64,000 nt of DNA from Takakia lepidozioides. Its lineage: Eukaryota > Plantae > Bryophyta. The stretch is taken from assembly GCA_030704615.1 (NCBI GenBank), contig CM060733.1, positions 11,222,001 to 11,286,000 on the forward strand, given 5' to 3'. This document shows, in pieces, positions 1 through 13,885 of the stretch (positions are counted from its first letter, which is position 1; each line of letters begins with the position of its first letter). The notes under the pieces are model-generated. The model did no database searches, had not been told where the DNA came from, and saw only the letters and a program-made list of their open reading frames with translations. A program made the translations under genes and the position numbers.

Positions 1-491
1 GAATCTTTGCCAGCCTTGCATACTCCAGCACTTGTCCTTACGAATAAGCCTGGAGAAGAAGGGCCTGAAGGAAATGACAGATACTATAAAACCTGAACCC
101 CATCTGCAAGAAAGTTTACATTCTTAAGCAGTTTATGCGTGCAGATTGGAGTACACATGCATTAAAAAAGAACATTTAAGTGAATCTCGTACTAGAACTG
201 ACTGCACCCGGCCAAAAAGAGAGCTTACACTGAATCAAACAAGTTCAGTGTCCTATTACAAAAAAATCAACCCTAGTTGCACACATCAGCATGATACAGT
301 CAATCAGCTTGCAGTCAAGAGGTATCAACACGAGAACTACTGTTAAGCAGTTACGTTCAGATAAAGAGTGAAGATTCATCTGATGAACTTCAAACCGAAA
401 ACGTGTCAGGAAGAACCGGCAACCTGCTTTAAGTTCAATCAAATCCAACCTAAAGACCATTCGAGTACCTACTGCAGGGGCAGGTCCTCAC

Positions 492-3400
492 CGTTGATCA
501 AGTGGCCACCAAACCTTAATCCTGCATCCCACAAGGCTCTCGTCTGCTCCCCTGTCATCTTCATTTTTCCAAGCAGGGCTCTGTCCAGATGTGGAAGGCG
601 GAAATACCATGTATGGATCAGATTTGAGACATAGCAATAGAAGAATGGCCACAACTACTGACTTTCCAGGTGGGGATGAAAAATACTGAGAAAAATAAAT
701 GAACCAGATTGCACAATCCTGTAAGTATCTGAGAGGAATCATGTAAAGAAATCTGACAATCATCAGTACCAGGCCAAAGAATGCCACAGGTACCAATGTC
801 CAACATCAATCCACCTCCTATCCAAAATGTGAAAAATCCAAAGCACGTGGGATTCATGCACCTTCTCAACAGCCAATAAGTTGGCTTTCTTCAAAGCCTT
901 TGCAGGAGTGCCAAGAGGGCTTTGGATGGCTTCCACAGATTCCTGGCATAATTATAACTGTCAAATATAATTACAATTACCAAAACCATCACAATCTGAA
1001 GACACATGTCCTCCTGACCACACATTCTCAATACCATTTGATCTTACTCTAGTCACATTGTTCAACACTAGACCACCCTTAAAAGGACCTGCCAGAAGAA
1101 TTCAATTTCGAATTTGCTGTTGAGCCTCAAACAAACAATAAGAAAACCAAAGAACACAACCAGAATTCCACCTCACAAGTGAACAGCCTGCAGAGATAGT
1201 GTCACGGACAGTAGTCCACATGCCTGCGTTACTTTGTAAGCTCAATAGCACAAATGCAGCAATGACAGTAGCATTCCTTCAAAAGGATAGCACCTTATGT
1301 TTGCTAGGAGAACCTCCATTTTGCCTATATCCCTCAGAAAGCACCAATGGCTTGACCTTGGCTGGGCGGCCAGGTTTCTTCGGAACAGAGTTGAGCAATA
1401 ACCGTTGGTTATCAGCAGCTGTCATCCCTGTCTTGGCTGTGCTCATACGTGATTTATCAGGAGTAGGTCCAGCCAGCTCAGTAGCATCCGGTGACTCCTT
1501 TTCTCCCTTGGTGCCAGAGCCCTTGGGACGTCCACGTTTGCGCTTAGTAGGGGGGGTCTCCTCTTGCTTCTCTTTGTCAAATTCCCCATCCCCCTTAGTG
1601 TCTGAGTTTCGGATTTTGTTCCCTGGTTTCACATGCTCATTCTTGTCACGAAACTTGTTCCATCCACGGGACCCCTTCGAAGTCGATTTCTCTGTACCCA
1701 CAGCACTTTTCTCTCTTTCAGGGTCATGCCTACTCCTCTTGTTGTTTGGCTCATTGTTCTCTCCTTTATCAGCATCCTCTCCATCCATATGTCGTTTTGA
1801 CCGTTTCTGGCCTTGTGGGCTGGATGGCTGAAAGACAACATAGCCACAAAGTAAGTACCATGGCAACAATTACTTGCTCTTCTAAATTCCACTTCCCTAC
1901 TGACATTGAGATACCAAAAATCCCTTTTGGCGGACAAAAAAGACCTGGAAATCACAATTTGGTCCAGACACTTAGATAGACAAGCTTCCCGTGATACCTC
2001 AATACCCCATCTTACCCACCTTTGTCCAGCCCAAGGTTGCTGCAATTTGTGATTTGAACTGGTGTTCCAAGTCTACTCAACGCAAAAAACAAAAACGAAA
2101 AGCTCAATTACAGTGATGAGCAGTCATGAGTGATGATTGATGACATATGTAACTAGTCATAAGGTGATGAGCAAGAGTAGCCTTAGCCAATAAATTGGTG
2201 AACGAATACACAAGCAACAAACCTGCTCAAAAGTGAATGAAAAAACTCAACTAGTAATGAGTGCTTTGCAGAGGAAACATTTGATCACTTCAATTCCATT
2301 ATTAGCACAGTGCAACTGACTCAGCAGAGACAGCACACAATGTCACATTACCTGCCCTCGTGAAGTTCCGGACTTAAAACGGGCCAGCACATCACTATCG
2401 GTTAGGCACGAAGGCAAATGACTTCCATCCACCTGTCATACAGGAAATATTAGTGAGATGCACTCTATGAATCAACAGATACAAGAAAAGAACCCCATAA
2501 ACTAAAAGTGCTTACTCTTACCTGCACAGCAGTATCCTCACTGCCTTCAACTCCTTCAGGGACCTTGTAATACATGACTGGAAGGGGGATAACACCAGGG
2601 TATTCACCCATAGACAGCTTCTTTCGGACAATGTCCTTACTGATCATAATCCCCATGTCACAAACCGCACAGACATTCTGCATACAATCAATCATTGCCA
2701 GTCAGTACAGAGGACGTAGTAGTACTACATTAGTTTGGACTTGACATGGACTTATGTCACTATTTACAACTTTCAATGACCTACAGGCCACATGGAATAA
2801 ACCACATTGACGCTAGTAGCTTCACACCAAACATTTAATTATGGAACCTACCAGGCTCAGCCCAGTGCAGCTCTAAAATAAACTGATGGACCCCAGGGGT
2901 CTATACATCAATAGACAAACCACATTACATAGAAATCAACCTTAATAAAAAAAGAAATCAACTCAATGCCACAATACAAAGTGATTGCATACATTAGTTC
3001 TAGCCTTGTCAACCGCATCTTCAGACTTTTTGATAGTACGAAAAATGGCCAGAATTGATGCCAATTCATCAGTGTCCTCATTGTTGCCCGCTTCACTATG
3101 CCCATCCCGTTCTGGGTGGACAAGTGCCTCCAGGATGAAAAACAACATCCTGACATCCACCCATCCCTTATACAAGTTACAGGTTGACCATATAGATAAG
3201 AGTGGTTGACACATCTTCCAGGTTACACAAAGCTCAGTGTACACAAGCAAAAACTTAGGCACATCCTCAGCTTTTTGGCCAGGGAGGCTGACAGCACCTC
3301 CTAAAAACATTCACGACCAAGGCCAAGACACTTGTAAACATTTCACCCTCAAGCGACATTCAAGGGGCACGAGGCTTAACTAGATCTGCGCACCCATCAC

Positions 3401-6400
3401 TCTCGTTCGCATGAGAGGGTGCAGAGTTTACAGGGCTTCTTTGATACTGATTATGTGCCGGAGCCATGACAACTGGGCCGTTCCCCATGACATAGAACTA
3501 ACTGTAGTAAGTAGTTTTGCCTCAACACCAATAGCTATTCTTCATTGTTCTTTGCAGCAAGAGACAATCACTGTTGAATACTGAGGATACCTGTAGAAAG
3601 GTTCATAAGCCGACGCATCCGGGGCAGTGTCTCCAGAGGTTGATGGAAAGCTGAGATGGTGAGCCAACACATGCACGAGATATGTAAGTACATACTCAGG
3701 ATGCTGGGTAATAGAGGTCGCCTCAATCTGCCCTGCAATTGACTTGCGAACTTCTTTGCGAGAAGACTCTATGTACTCTGCCAAATAGCGCCGTGCCTGC
3801 CACCAGAAATCCCAAAGTCACGGCATGTTCAGATTAAACCTCACTAGATCAAACGTACTTGGATCTCCCCTTATCTGAAACTAGAAAGCACAAGAGGCAG
3901 TCAGGCATACAACTTACCACCATGGGCATAGAAATTCATCCCAAATGTATGTGCCAAACTCCTTGAGATTTCAGCCAACAGCTTTAGTCCAGTATTTTTT
4001 CTGGCATTTCTGCCTGTAAGCTAATGAAGAAAAGGCCCAAATTTGCACTTTTAAGCAGTAAAATGCCAAACCAGTAAGAAGCCATAATTAGTAGTTGTAT
4101 TCCCTAGATAGTTAACTTCTAACTAGTCATTCCAACTACTCACCAATATCAATTCCAAAACTAGCATAGGAGCCATCTTACTTCTGCAAAGTTGTCATTC
4201 ACTGGGTCAACAGCACTGAGCACCAGTGCACTGGCATACTTCTGATGAAGACTACGATCTTTCAAGTACTGGTGAAGTTTCAACAAGAACTGCCGCCGCA
4301 CGTGCACTTCTGAATCCTGCAGGCAATACACATCGACACTACAACCAAATTCATCCAACTAACTACAGTGCAACACTTCCAGAAACTTCAGGGTCAAGTC
4401 TAGAAGAATCTAATACGTCAATAGCCCGTCAGGGAAAGTAACCCTTATACCTGCTTCACATGCAGCATGACTGATCTATGCACATGAACATGCATTGCAT
4501 AGCAAGTGCAAAGAGACTGATGTCAGCAGTTCAAGAAACAAAAGCTATAAAGAGAGTAATTCGTGCACGGATTCAAGATGATTGTTAATATTTCTTTCCA
4601 TTCCAAACAAATCGTCTCCAGATTGCACGTCAGCAGCACCACAGCAAAGACAATATTATATAAAACAGATTCATCAAAGGTCAACCTGAATGGTCATAAG
4701 AGTCATCTGGACAACATCAGGGGGAATTTGAAGATCCCATTTCCGCGCCAAACGTAATACCGCCTTCACAGATGCAAGCCGTAGATGGGCTTTCTCCATA
4801 TTACTGGCAATCAAAAACTTGTTGAGTTCAATATCCATGAGAGGGCATATGAACGCTCAAGCAAACCAGACCAAATGACAGTGTATGTTTGTCCAGTTTA
4901 CTTCATATTTCTTCAGGTACAAGACAACTGACCAATTCGGAGTTGAACTGTCAGATGCAACAGTCTCAAATCGCCATTTCACCCGGACTGCCTCTGTGAA
5001 TGATGGGTACATACCTGGCTTTTACATCATCTGCAATTTCCCCCATGGCAAGGAGTTGTACCAGCACTTTCAACAACCCCGGCAAGCCTTTCCGTTGATG
5101 TGCATTTGAATTGGGTAGAAAGCTCTTCACCAACATTTTCAGGGCACAGATCTGAAAGAGCAGACAGGGTATTGGACCATAAGCAGCCTTGAACAAGTAT
5201 TGACAAGCTCCTACCAAAACTCCACTTGTTTATCACTCTCAACCTGAAAGCTTTGAGACCTAAATAGTTCACAAAGGAGAAAATTTGCAGTGCTATTGCC
5301 TACCTGGAAGATATCACAGTAGGTAATGGGGTCATTGGATAATTTCAAGGAGACAGCAGATGGATCACATCCCACAATATCCAAGTAACAACAAGACCCT
5401 TTTACATGCAGCTCAAGGCCAAATGAAGATTGACAAGTAGAATACTTCAGATAACAAGCAGAGACAGGTGGTTTTGCTCACCTTTATATGAACAATTTCA
5501 TTAGGACTTCTCCAATCGGGCTTCTCCTCCTCTCCTGGTGGCACCTGCAACAGCACATCCATTTGGTCACCTGCACCATACTCAACTACTTTCTCCAACC
5601 AGAAAATGCCTTCAACACTCCATTCCAGAATCAACTTAACGGACTGCAAACAACTGGCCACCCTATTCTTCGTAACCACCCTACATCTCAACATCCGGAA
5701 ATCAACTAGAGACTGCACGATCACACCATTAGAAGAAGACTATGAAACCAGTTCATACATGTGGCCGTCTAAGAACATCGCGGACGACAAACTTGATAAT
5801 GTCATCCTCTCGAGTTTCAAAGACAGGAATCGCATTCTGCGCAATGCAGCCCAGCGACTGCAAAATTGTGGGAAGATGGGCACTGTCCTCCAAAACATCC
5901 AAAAGTCTCTGCCAAATATACAGAGCATAGTATCAGAAGAGAAATCAGAGCCCATCCTCTAACTCATATACAGGAAACTGGGTACAGGAAAAAGTTGCAT
6001 GGACATCCAAATACAAACTCCAGTAAGTAATATCGAAACAGTATCACTGGAAACCAACACCAAGCATGCTTCGTTCCAACCACCCGATTGCCATGTCCAA
6101 GAGAGGAAACACATACCCCATACAACACAGACAATGCCTTGAGTCCTGAGTCTGCAGTAATCGCCGCAATCGCTGAGACTGCATACTTGGCTTGCTTGCG
6201 GGTGCCCTCAAGACACAGCCGTTCCAGTGTTAAATCCACAAAGCTGCCAGAACACCCAAAATATGTATGTCATCCTTCATTCAAATTTTACACAGCAATT
6301 GACTGGAGCGCTGACAAAAGTGCACATCTAACACAATGTTCACAATTGGTACGTCAGCCATTCGATCAGACTCGATTGACACCGCAGTGCACAGGTTAGA

Positions 6401-9400
6401 CCTCGACCTTGTCAGCAACTTCTGCCATCTCAAACTTGAAGACACACCCCTAAGAAATCACAAGATGCTCCCTTGAGTACAATTTGATCCTGACTGCTGG
6501 GCCCACAGTGTGACATTGTGTTCCAAGCATTCATCTAAAGATACACAATAGACAGGTCACTATCACAATCCTCCATGATAATTGATGCATGTGGCAATTG
6601 CCAAGCACACAAAGGGACAAAACAGGAGCAGCTGTCAATTGGCTGAGACTCATTCATCAGCTATGACTGTTGCTAGGCAGTAACTGAATGATCATTTGCG
6701 AAGTCCCAAGTCAACTGAAAGAGCAAACCACCTAGCCTTACCATGCATGCAGAACCTAACAAAACGTTCAAATATTGGATTATTGGCCACTTCCTCGAAT
6801 ACGTAGGTTGGAAAGCAGCATCGTCCATCCATATTTGGTTTTTCAGGAAAACAGTAACATCACAGAAAGTCAGTCAGTTCAATCATACCTGCCTGCATCA
6901 CCGTTACCAATCTGTTCCCTAAGAGAGCCACCAGCCTTCGAAAGGATATGAACAACACCCTCTTTTATAGATTCATCAGTGTCCTTCAGCAATTTCATCA
7001 AGCCATCTTCGGTGCCCTCCATAAGTACTGGGGAATATCCAGCAAGTTCCTGCAGAAATCTAGCATTATGCCATGTAAGCGAACTTACATCAAGAAACCC
7101 ATCTTCCCCACAACTGAAATAAACATGTCTAGACCACCTTGGATGCCTGGTATCCCAACACGTACACTGGATAAAGCATGGCCTCTCTAAATTTCACCAA
7201 CACAACAAATAGTTGTGCTGCAGAACCAAAGAAGTAAACATAGAAAATTCCCAGAATTATTCAAAACCGCTTTCAAGGAAAGATACAAAAGAGAACTCTA
7301 ATTCAAAAACACCTCCATCAAAAATAGAAGGTGCAGACCCTGACTAACACATATATATGGCTGTGGCTTCTGTCACAGAAAATGATGGGGAACCAGTAAA
7401 GTATCAGCCAAATATTATATCCAAGAAAATTAGGAGGTGAACAAGGAGTGTTTTAACACATCAAATCTGAACTTGACAAAACAGTCCACTTCATGACCTT
7501 TCAAAATAACCAGAAGTCTTAAGCACACAATAGCATCGCCAAAAAGAGATTGTACTCATAAGACATTGTTTGCCGTAGCCTTGTGGCTCGCCAAAAAGAG
7601 ACAGGAAATGATGGGAAGGAGGTACGAACCACTAACAGAGACAGGCTTGCAGCAACCAGATCAATGCTCCCAGATTCTTTGTAGAGAGATATCATCTTAA
7701 GGATGACACGCACATGCTCTTTGTTGAACAAAACAAAGGCACATTTGGTGGCCAGAACCTTCATGAAGTCATACTGTGGATGCTTGTTCCCTATCCTCTT
7801 CAGCAACTCCTCCTGCACTCGACATCCACTAAGTTTTAAACAAGCTTATTTGAGGCATTCCAGACAACCACACTTTACAGGAAATCCTTGATGTGTACTA
7901 CCAGACCAACAAGTGGCAAGCTAATACTCTGTTAGCAGCAACCAAAAAGACCACCATATTGATAATAATGACAACAGCCCACATAATCTAAGCCCAATAC
8001 AACAATGGGATTGATACACAGCTAAAGTAACAAGTTCACACACATACCTGAGTAATGCGGGCCTCAGCAGGAGCAGGGTTGGAGTTCAGCAATGTAAGGA
8101 GTGCCTTGAAGATATTGTTATCCTTCATCTGATGTAGCTCTTGAAGGTTCTCTTCAGCCTTTATGGGATCGACAAACTCATTTGCTATTATCTTGAAACT
8201 GCTCTCAAATTTTTTCAGAAGTTCTGGAACATCTTCCTCCTGCACAAGGTGTAAGGAGTCAAAGATCTCTTCCATCTTCGAGCACATTACAGTAGTTTGC
8301 AACCAATGCATGAAGTCAGAAAAGTAGTTAGAACAAAGTCAGACAGCTTATGCCTACCCTGTCAACACATTTATTTCTAGATAGGTTTACGTTTTACCAT
8401 TTCCTGTCACCGTGATACTAGGTAACATACACACTAGGTGCCCTAATTAATAAATAACAGCACAGCGTAGGTGTCCCCTAGCACATTGACCTCAACGACA
8501 AAAAATGCCCAAAATGTCAAGCACACCTTGGCCTTCTCTCGCAAAGACACGTAAACTTGCATCTCCAGCTGCAGTCTGATGCAACACAAGTGCAATTGCA
8601 CAGCAGGATTAGATTCTTGGTGTCCCAAAGCCCCAAGGATAGTTAATTACACTTTCTTCTGTGTCTGGGCCGCCATGGACCTCATAAATCTATTCCTTTC
8701 CTTAGGCCCCATGTGCGGAAAATTTTCTTTTTCTCTCCCCTTTCTTCAATTGACGACATACATTGTCCCAGAGGAGTCCGTGGATACAGTATTTTTTCCT
8801 CTCTCACTTTCCCCTGAACCCCAGTTCTGAGTCCCAATTGACCAAGAAGGCCTCCTGTGAAAATAATAAAGTCCCTCACATACCTTCTGCCTATGAAGAA
8901 GGGACATACATTGCAGCTCTAAAGAACAAGGTAAAACTACTCTTCTGAAGTACATCAAATGTGAGCCGGGTAAACTCTGATTCCACACTGGAGAGGTCAG
9001 TAAAGAAAAAATGAGATAGACACATCCAAGGAAAAGAAGACCTTTCAGAGCTATTAGTTAAACGTCCTGACTATAAAGTGATCATACTCAACAAGTTCCC
9101 AACCTTGAGTTTGAGACCCACCTTTGTTTCTGAAACAAGATTTGTTGAAAAGCCTTCACATCATTCTCATCAAAGGTTGAGAAAATAGCAATCCAGTGTT
9201 TTGCCTGCTCCTCCACAGGGAGATCCACAGGGAATAGCTCCTCAGTGAAAACAATCTCCATGCCTTGTGGTCTGCCCGCCCCCAACAATTAACTTCAGCA
9301 TTTCACATTTCCTCTGAATCTGACCTTAGAGATATCCAACACAATCACCAGAATTCCCAGAATTCTACCTTACTGAGCATAAGCTTCTCGTAAGAAACTC

Positions 9401-12400
9401 AGCTACAACTAATAGTATACTGCGTCAAGCCAGGAGAGCTCATGACATTCCAAAACTACCTAGGAGAAGAAATTATGACTTACTTGAACTCCTTAACGTC
9501 TCTGTCATAACAGCACCGCACAAGCTTACTTGGTATCCACTCGAACTGCTTGTCTGGAGCAATAGAGCCTTTAAAGCATCTTGTGCAGTATGTTCTATAC
9601 ACTTCAATCAGCTTTTGCAAAGTGTCTTTTCTGACAAACACCTGAAGATCCCCAATAACCACACAGATGGAAAGTGGGCACACTTATTTTCACCTGGACA
9701 AGTAGAAGCAACAGCTAGAGGGAAGGGGAGCAGGACACGCCCAAAAAAGGTTGAACGTGGAGAAGAACAGAGGAATGATCTCCAGTTAGAGCCCAACACT
9801 TCAAATAGACAGTAGAAAGAGAAACTTTACGAAGTCCACAGGAACCTCATGCACTAATGGGACGAAGGAACATAGAAAACAGGACAGAAAAGTGCACCGA
9901 ACAGATATTCAGAATGAGAGGAACAAAAGAAAATGTTGGAACACCAGGCCTAAATCCGTGCAAACAGCTGGAGTGAGCAAAAGCAAATGTCTTCTGATGA
10001 GCTGTTGGATTAAGGGATTTTACAATCTAAAGCTCAACCTTTTTATCACGAAGCCGTGCAGCAACCTGATGAAGAATTTCAACAGGAACACAATTGGGGT
10101 TTGTAATGGACAAATCACAAATGGCCTTCACTGCTGTCATGCGCAATTTGTCATCATAGTCCAAGAGCCGCTCCTCAAGGCCAGCTACCCATCCAATGCA
10201 CAACCACATACTTTGCTATAAAAGTTTAAGAGAGCACGTGGAACTTTTGGCCTAGATACTATCTTACTCTGAACTTCAGGCCATTCAAAATATATCAGAA
10301 TTTATCAAATCACCAGCTGGGAGATTTACACTTCATGTGTGCACTTGAAAGTAACAATATTAACTGAACTACCTACTCTGACAAGCTTACTTATACAAAT
10401 GTACCTGCTAGTGTGTTTGGCTGCACTACTCAAACGTTGCAGACCACCCAAATACAACATAGGTCACCAAACCAACTAGAACAAACATATAAGATGATCA
10501 TTATGCATGCACTGGATACAATCTATAAGAGACTAATCTTTAGATGCTTAAAAAAACCCTAACTTTCTGTGATGTCACCCTTAGAGAATCCAGTCCTGCC
10601 AGGGCAGAAGAATGAGAAAAACATGGCATAAGTGATACAGAAAATAGAGGTTTGCCATACCGAGAATCTCCCTAGCTCCAGACCCATTGGGATTAGCCTC
10701 CAAACACTTTTTGACACAACTAACAACAGCTGTCCGAACCTCTGAAGCTTTGTCAGAAAACCTCCTCAGGAACTCTGAGAAGAGCTGCGGATATTCTTGG
10801 ACCACATGCTGGCCCGGTAATGCAAACAACCGCCCAAGCAGCTCTACAGCCTTCAAACGCACATCTCTCTTATCCATCTGAGGCATCCATCCAACCGTTA
10901 CCAAAGCAGCAGTGAGTATACTATATATTATTGTCTGGTGCGATTCCCTGATTTGTTTTCACATTGACCATTCGAAAAGTAGGTAAAAGGTACCACTAAC
11001 ATATTTGCTAAGTAATTACAAACCTCAGCTAGAACATAACACGGCATACTAGGAGAGAGTTATGTTAAAGAACGACAAACTTCGGTATAACGTTACATAA
11101 ATATGGCCGTGAATGGTATTTAATTGAGTGGGCAATGTGTGCAGTATGTTTAAGTTATTTTGTAATGGTGAGCTGAGTCAACTTTGAAGGAGCAGCACTG
11201 GTAACAAGGGGAAAGACTACCACAAGCTCTTGTGTCAGATTGGGAATGACTGTCAACAGCATCTGAGGGGCACATTGGTAGATTTCATAAATAATTTCAT
11301 GGTAGTCCTTGTGCAATCCACTCTCTGAAGCCCTCCCCTCCAGCATCACAGACGTCAAGAAATGTTGCACATAGGGCCCCAACTTGTCTGCACAGTTCTC
11401 TACAACCGCCACTGCCAGCTTATGTGCTGCTGCCGATACCTCCTGCTAAGACACAAGTGATTTGGTGGAGCTGTACATCAATTTGAACCTTGCATACATG
11501 GTAAAAAGGGACCAAAACAGATCACTAGCACTAAAGCCTATAAAATCAAACAACATTTACACTTCAAGATGCAATATTCAATACAAAAACGAACTAAGAA
11601 GCCCATGTCATAGCCCTGCCCAATCTGATCAAAGAAGACCAACAAAGTACCTTGTTTTGCTTCAGCAGGTGCTTGAGGACCACCTCCATCATGGGCACTG
11701 GAATGTCCTCACTCTCAGTCAACACCAATGTGAGGACATTTTCCATAGCCGTAAACACATTTTGGGGATGCTCATCACTGCAACCACACACATTATCCTC
11801 AAGTGCCCCAAAAAGATTACTCTCTGGAACATGAGTTACAACACTTCCATATGCCAGATGTTGCTCGAGTAGCAAGGGTCCAACTTCAAATAATATCTGT
11901 CAGTGCTTTTACAGGGCATCAAAACTCTGCAAATGCCCACATCCAGTCTGTTTCGAGGCAAACATGCTGATGAAGTACAACAAATACCTGGCAGTAGCAA
12001 AAAAGGTATGAAACATCTCCAGAATCAATTCGTCACATTCCAGGTCCAGCATCACCAGACAGGACCGGACATTGCCAACTGTCTCCAGAATATTCACCCT
12101 CCTTGCAAAGGAAGGACTGTGCACATCATCCAGTCCTCGAAAGATAGCCACTATCAAGTGGAAAATCTCCTGCAAAGCATCCAGAGGTACTGTGGGCATA
12201 ATGAACAAAGAATCTAATTACTAGCAGATGACGAACAGAGAAGAGGGAAAGAGATAGAGGTAAGTCTCTATCTGACAATTGTCATGATTGGAAGGACACT
12301 CATGAGAAACTGGAACCATATCTCTCTTATCTATTTTCATCATCTCTCACCAATGTCATCTGTGAGGGTGCTACTGATTCTGTGTTCAGCTAACACTTAT

Positions 12401-13885
12401 CTTCCGTATGTGGTGCAATCCAGAAGAGCAAAACCAACCTTGCAGGGAGTTGGATATTGTGTTACAGATATCCTTAAGAAAATTCAACATCTGATGCATT
12501 GGAAATTAGCTATGCATCCCAAGCTAGCAGTACCTTTAAAGTGTCGTCACTGTAGGGGGCATGTGGAGCAACAATTCTCATGATTTCGCTGATGCAAGTT
12601 GCAACTAGCAACCGAACGTCCTTATCTTTATGTTTCAAAAGTGTTGGTAGCACCAATGCATCGGTGCATCCCTTCATTGCATCAACAGTGCTTTGTGGGG
12701 GTGACTGCTCAACCTCTGCCAGTAAAGTTGCAGCTTGCTGTTTGTAGAAGTAGCAACCATCACAACAAACAGAGAACCCACAAAAGAATATCAGACCACA
12801 AAGATGTATCAATGACCTCATATTCCAAATGTAGGGGGAAAATAGACGTTCCTTACTGATGCAAAAAGATAAGGCCTTGTCATCTAAAGACAGGAAGAAA
12901 AACATGAGGGACAGGAGTCACTGCCAAATTTGTTAATACCAATGTCATTTTTGCAGCAGGACATCAAACTCACATAACATGCACAACATAGTTGATTTGA
13001 CAACTGACAAACTCTTTACACGGAAGAATAGGAGGGAAGATGTCTTGCAAACAATAAACATCCCTAACATGCCTGATGTTGCTGCAACCGAATGGTGCAA
13101 GCAACAAAAGCCAGAGACATTCCGGTGCCACTCCTCTCCTTTCAGGTGCATTTGCCACATGCATGGAGTGGATAGAGTGCACCATATATGTATTTTCAGC
13201 TCCACAATTTAAGTCTAGGAGTGTTCCAGGCTTTTAATTCCCTAAATGTTGAGAGGACATGGAGGTTAACAAGACCGAGGAATATTGCATAAGTTGCCAG
13301 TGATGAAAAAGTGCAGGGGACGGTGACCACCTCCTTCAACTGAAAATGAGTCAAGTTTGGCATCTGATTATGTCTAATGAAACACCTTGAACATTTCCCC
13401 AAAAAAGTAAGAAAGAAAGCAGAAAGACAGTAGAAAAGAGGAAGCTGTATGGAAGAAAGAAAGAAGGATAGAAAAACACAGTATGGACAGGTTGGGAGAG
13501 CACCACAGATGTAAGATAATGTGCCAAATTTTTTACAATTCCTAAAATGTGGAGATGGAATCCAAAGGATAAGAATAAAGATGGAGTACACGAAAGGGCA
13601 GAAAAGAGGGGAGAAAAGACAAAGAAGTGGCGAGGAGGAACCAATGACACAAACCAGAGAAAAAGGCAATTCCGAGAGGAGGTCCTCATGTATAGAAGAG
13701 CTCCTGGAGAAGAGAGCAGGAGAAGCCTGAGCTCCACGATATGCATGCAAATATTCATCGCAGACAATCGTATGTGAGAGCAGGAAACGAACCTTCAGCA
13801 GCTTCAGGAGTGCATCCTTTGGTTGAGAAGGCGTCCCAAGACGCTTTCCAAAGTCTGCCAACTGAGTCTCCGGATTCCGTGGCAT
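492..13885 (-). CDS. PDS5: Sister chromatid cohesion protein PDS5 (HEAT repeats, C-terminal AT-hooks and Tudor domain); 26 exons in window, 3' end beyond the left edge
   Basis: Hand-spliced GT-AG exons (minus strand): 13793-13885, 12534-12737, 11988-12169, 11651-11777, 11221-11442, 10661-10877, 10039-10184, 9484-9641, 9122-9271, 8527-8575, 8048-8239, 7630-7812, 6889-7049, 6117-6243, 5759-5908, 5482-5544, 5015-5151, 4686-4803, 4182-4316, 3591-3796, 2993-3149, 2522-2677, 2352-2432, 1294-1827, 862-942, 492-580. Typical PDS5 peptides: LLKHKDKDVRLLVATCISEIMRIVAPHAPYSDD, EFLRRFSDKASEVR, ERLLDYDDKLR, EWIPSKLVRCCYD, HPEYVLTYLVHVLAHH. Tudor start: LVGCRIKVWWPLDQR. Confidence 0.95.

Noticed and set aside
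1-110. Possible next PDS5 exon (CAG|GTTTTAT..., FY start)
   Set aside because: Reads FYSICHFLQ...stop, which does not continue the Tudor consensus; the true exon probably lies outside the window.
2110-2175. Cluster of TGATGA (C-box-like) motifs in a PDS5 intron
   Set aside because: Antisense to the host gene, with no matching D box or terminal stem; not called as a snoRNA.
3385-3425. Small hairpin GCACCC...GGGTGC in a PDS5 intron
   Set aside because: Too short and without miRNA or snoRNA hallmarks.
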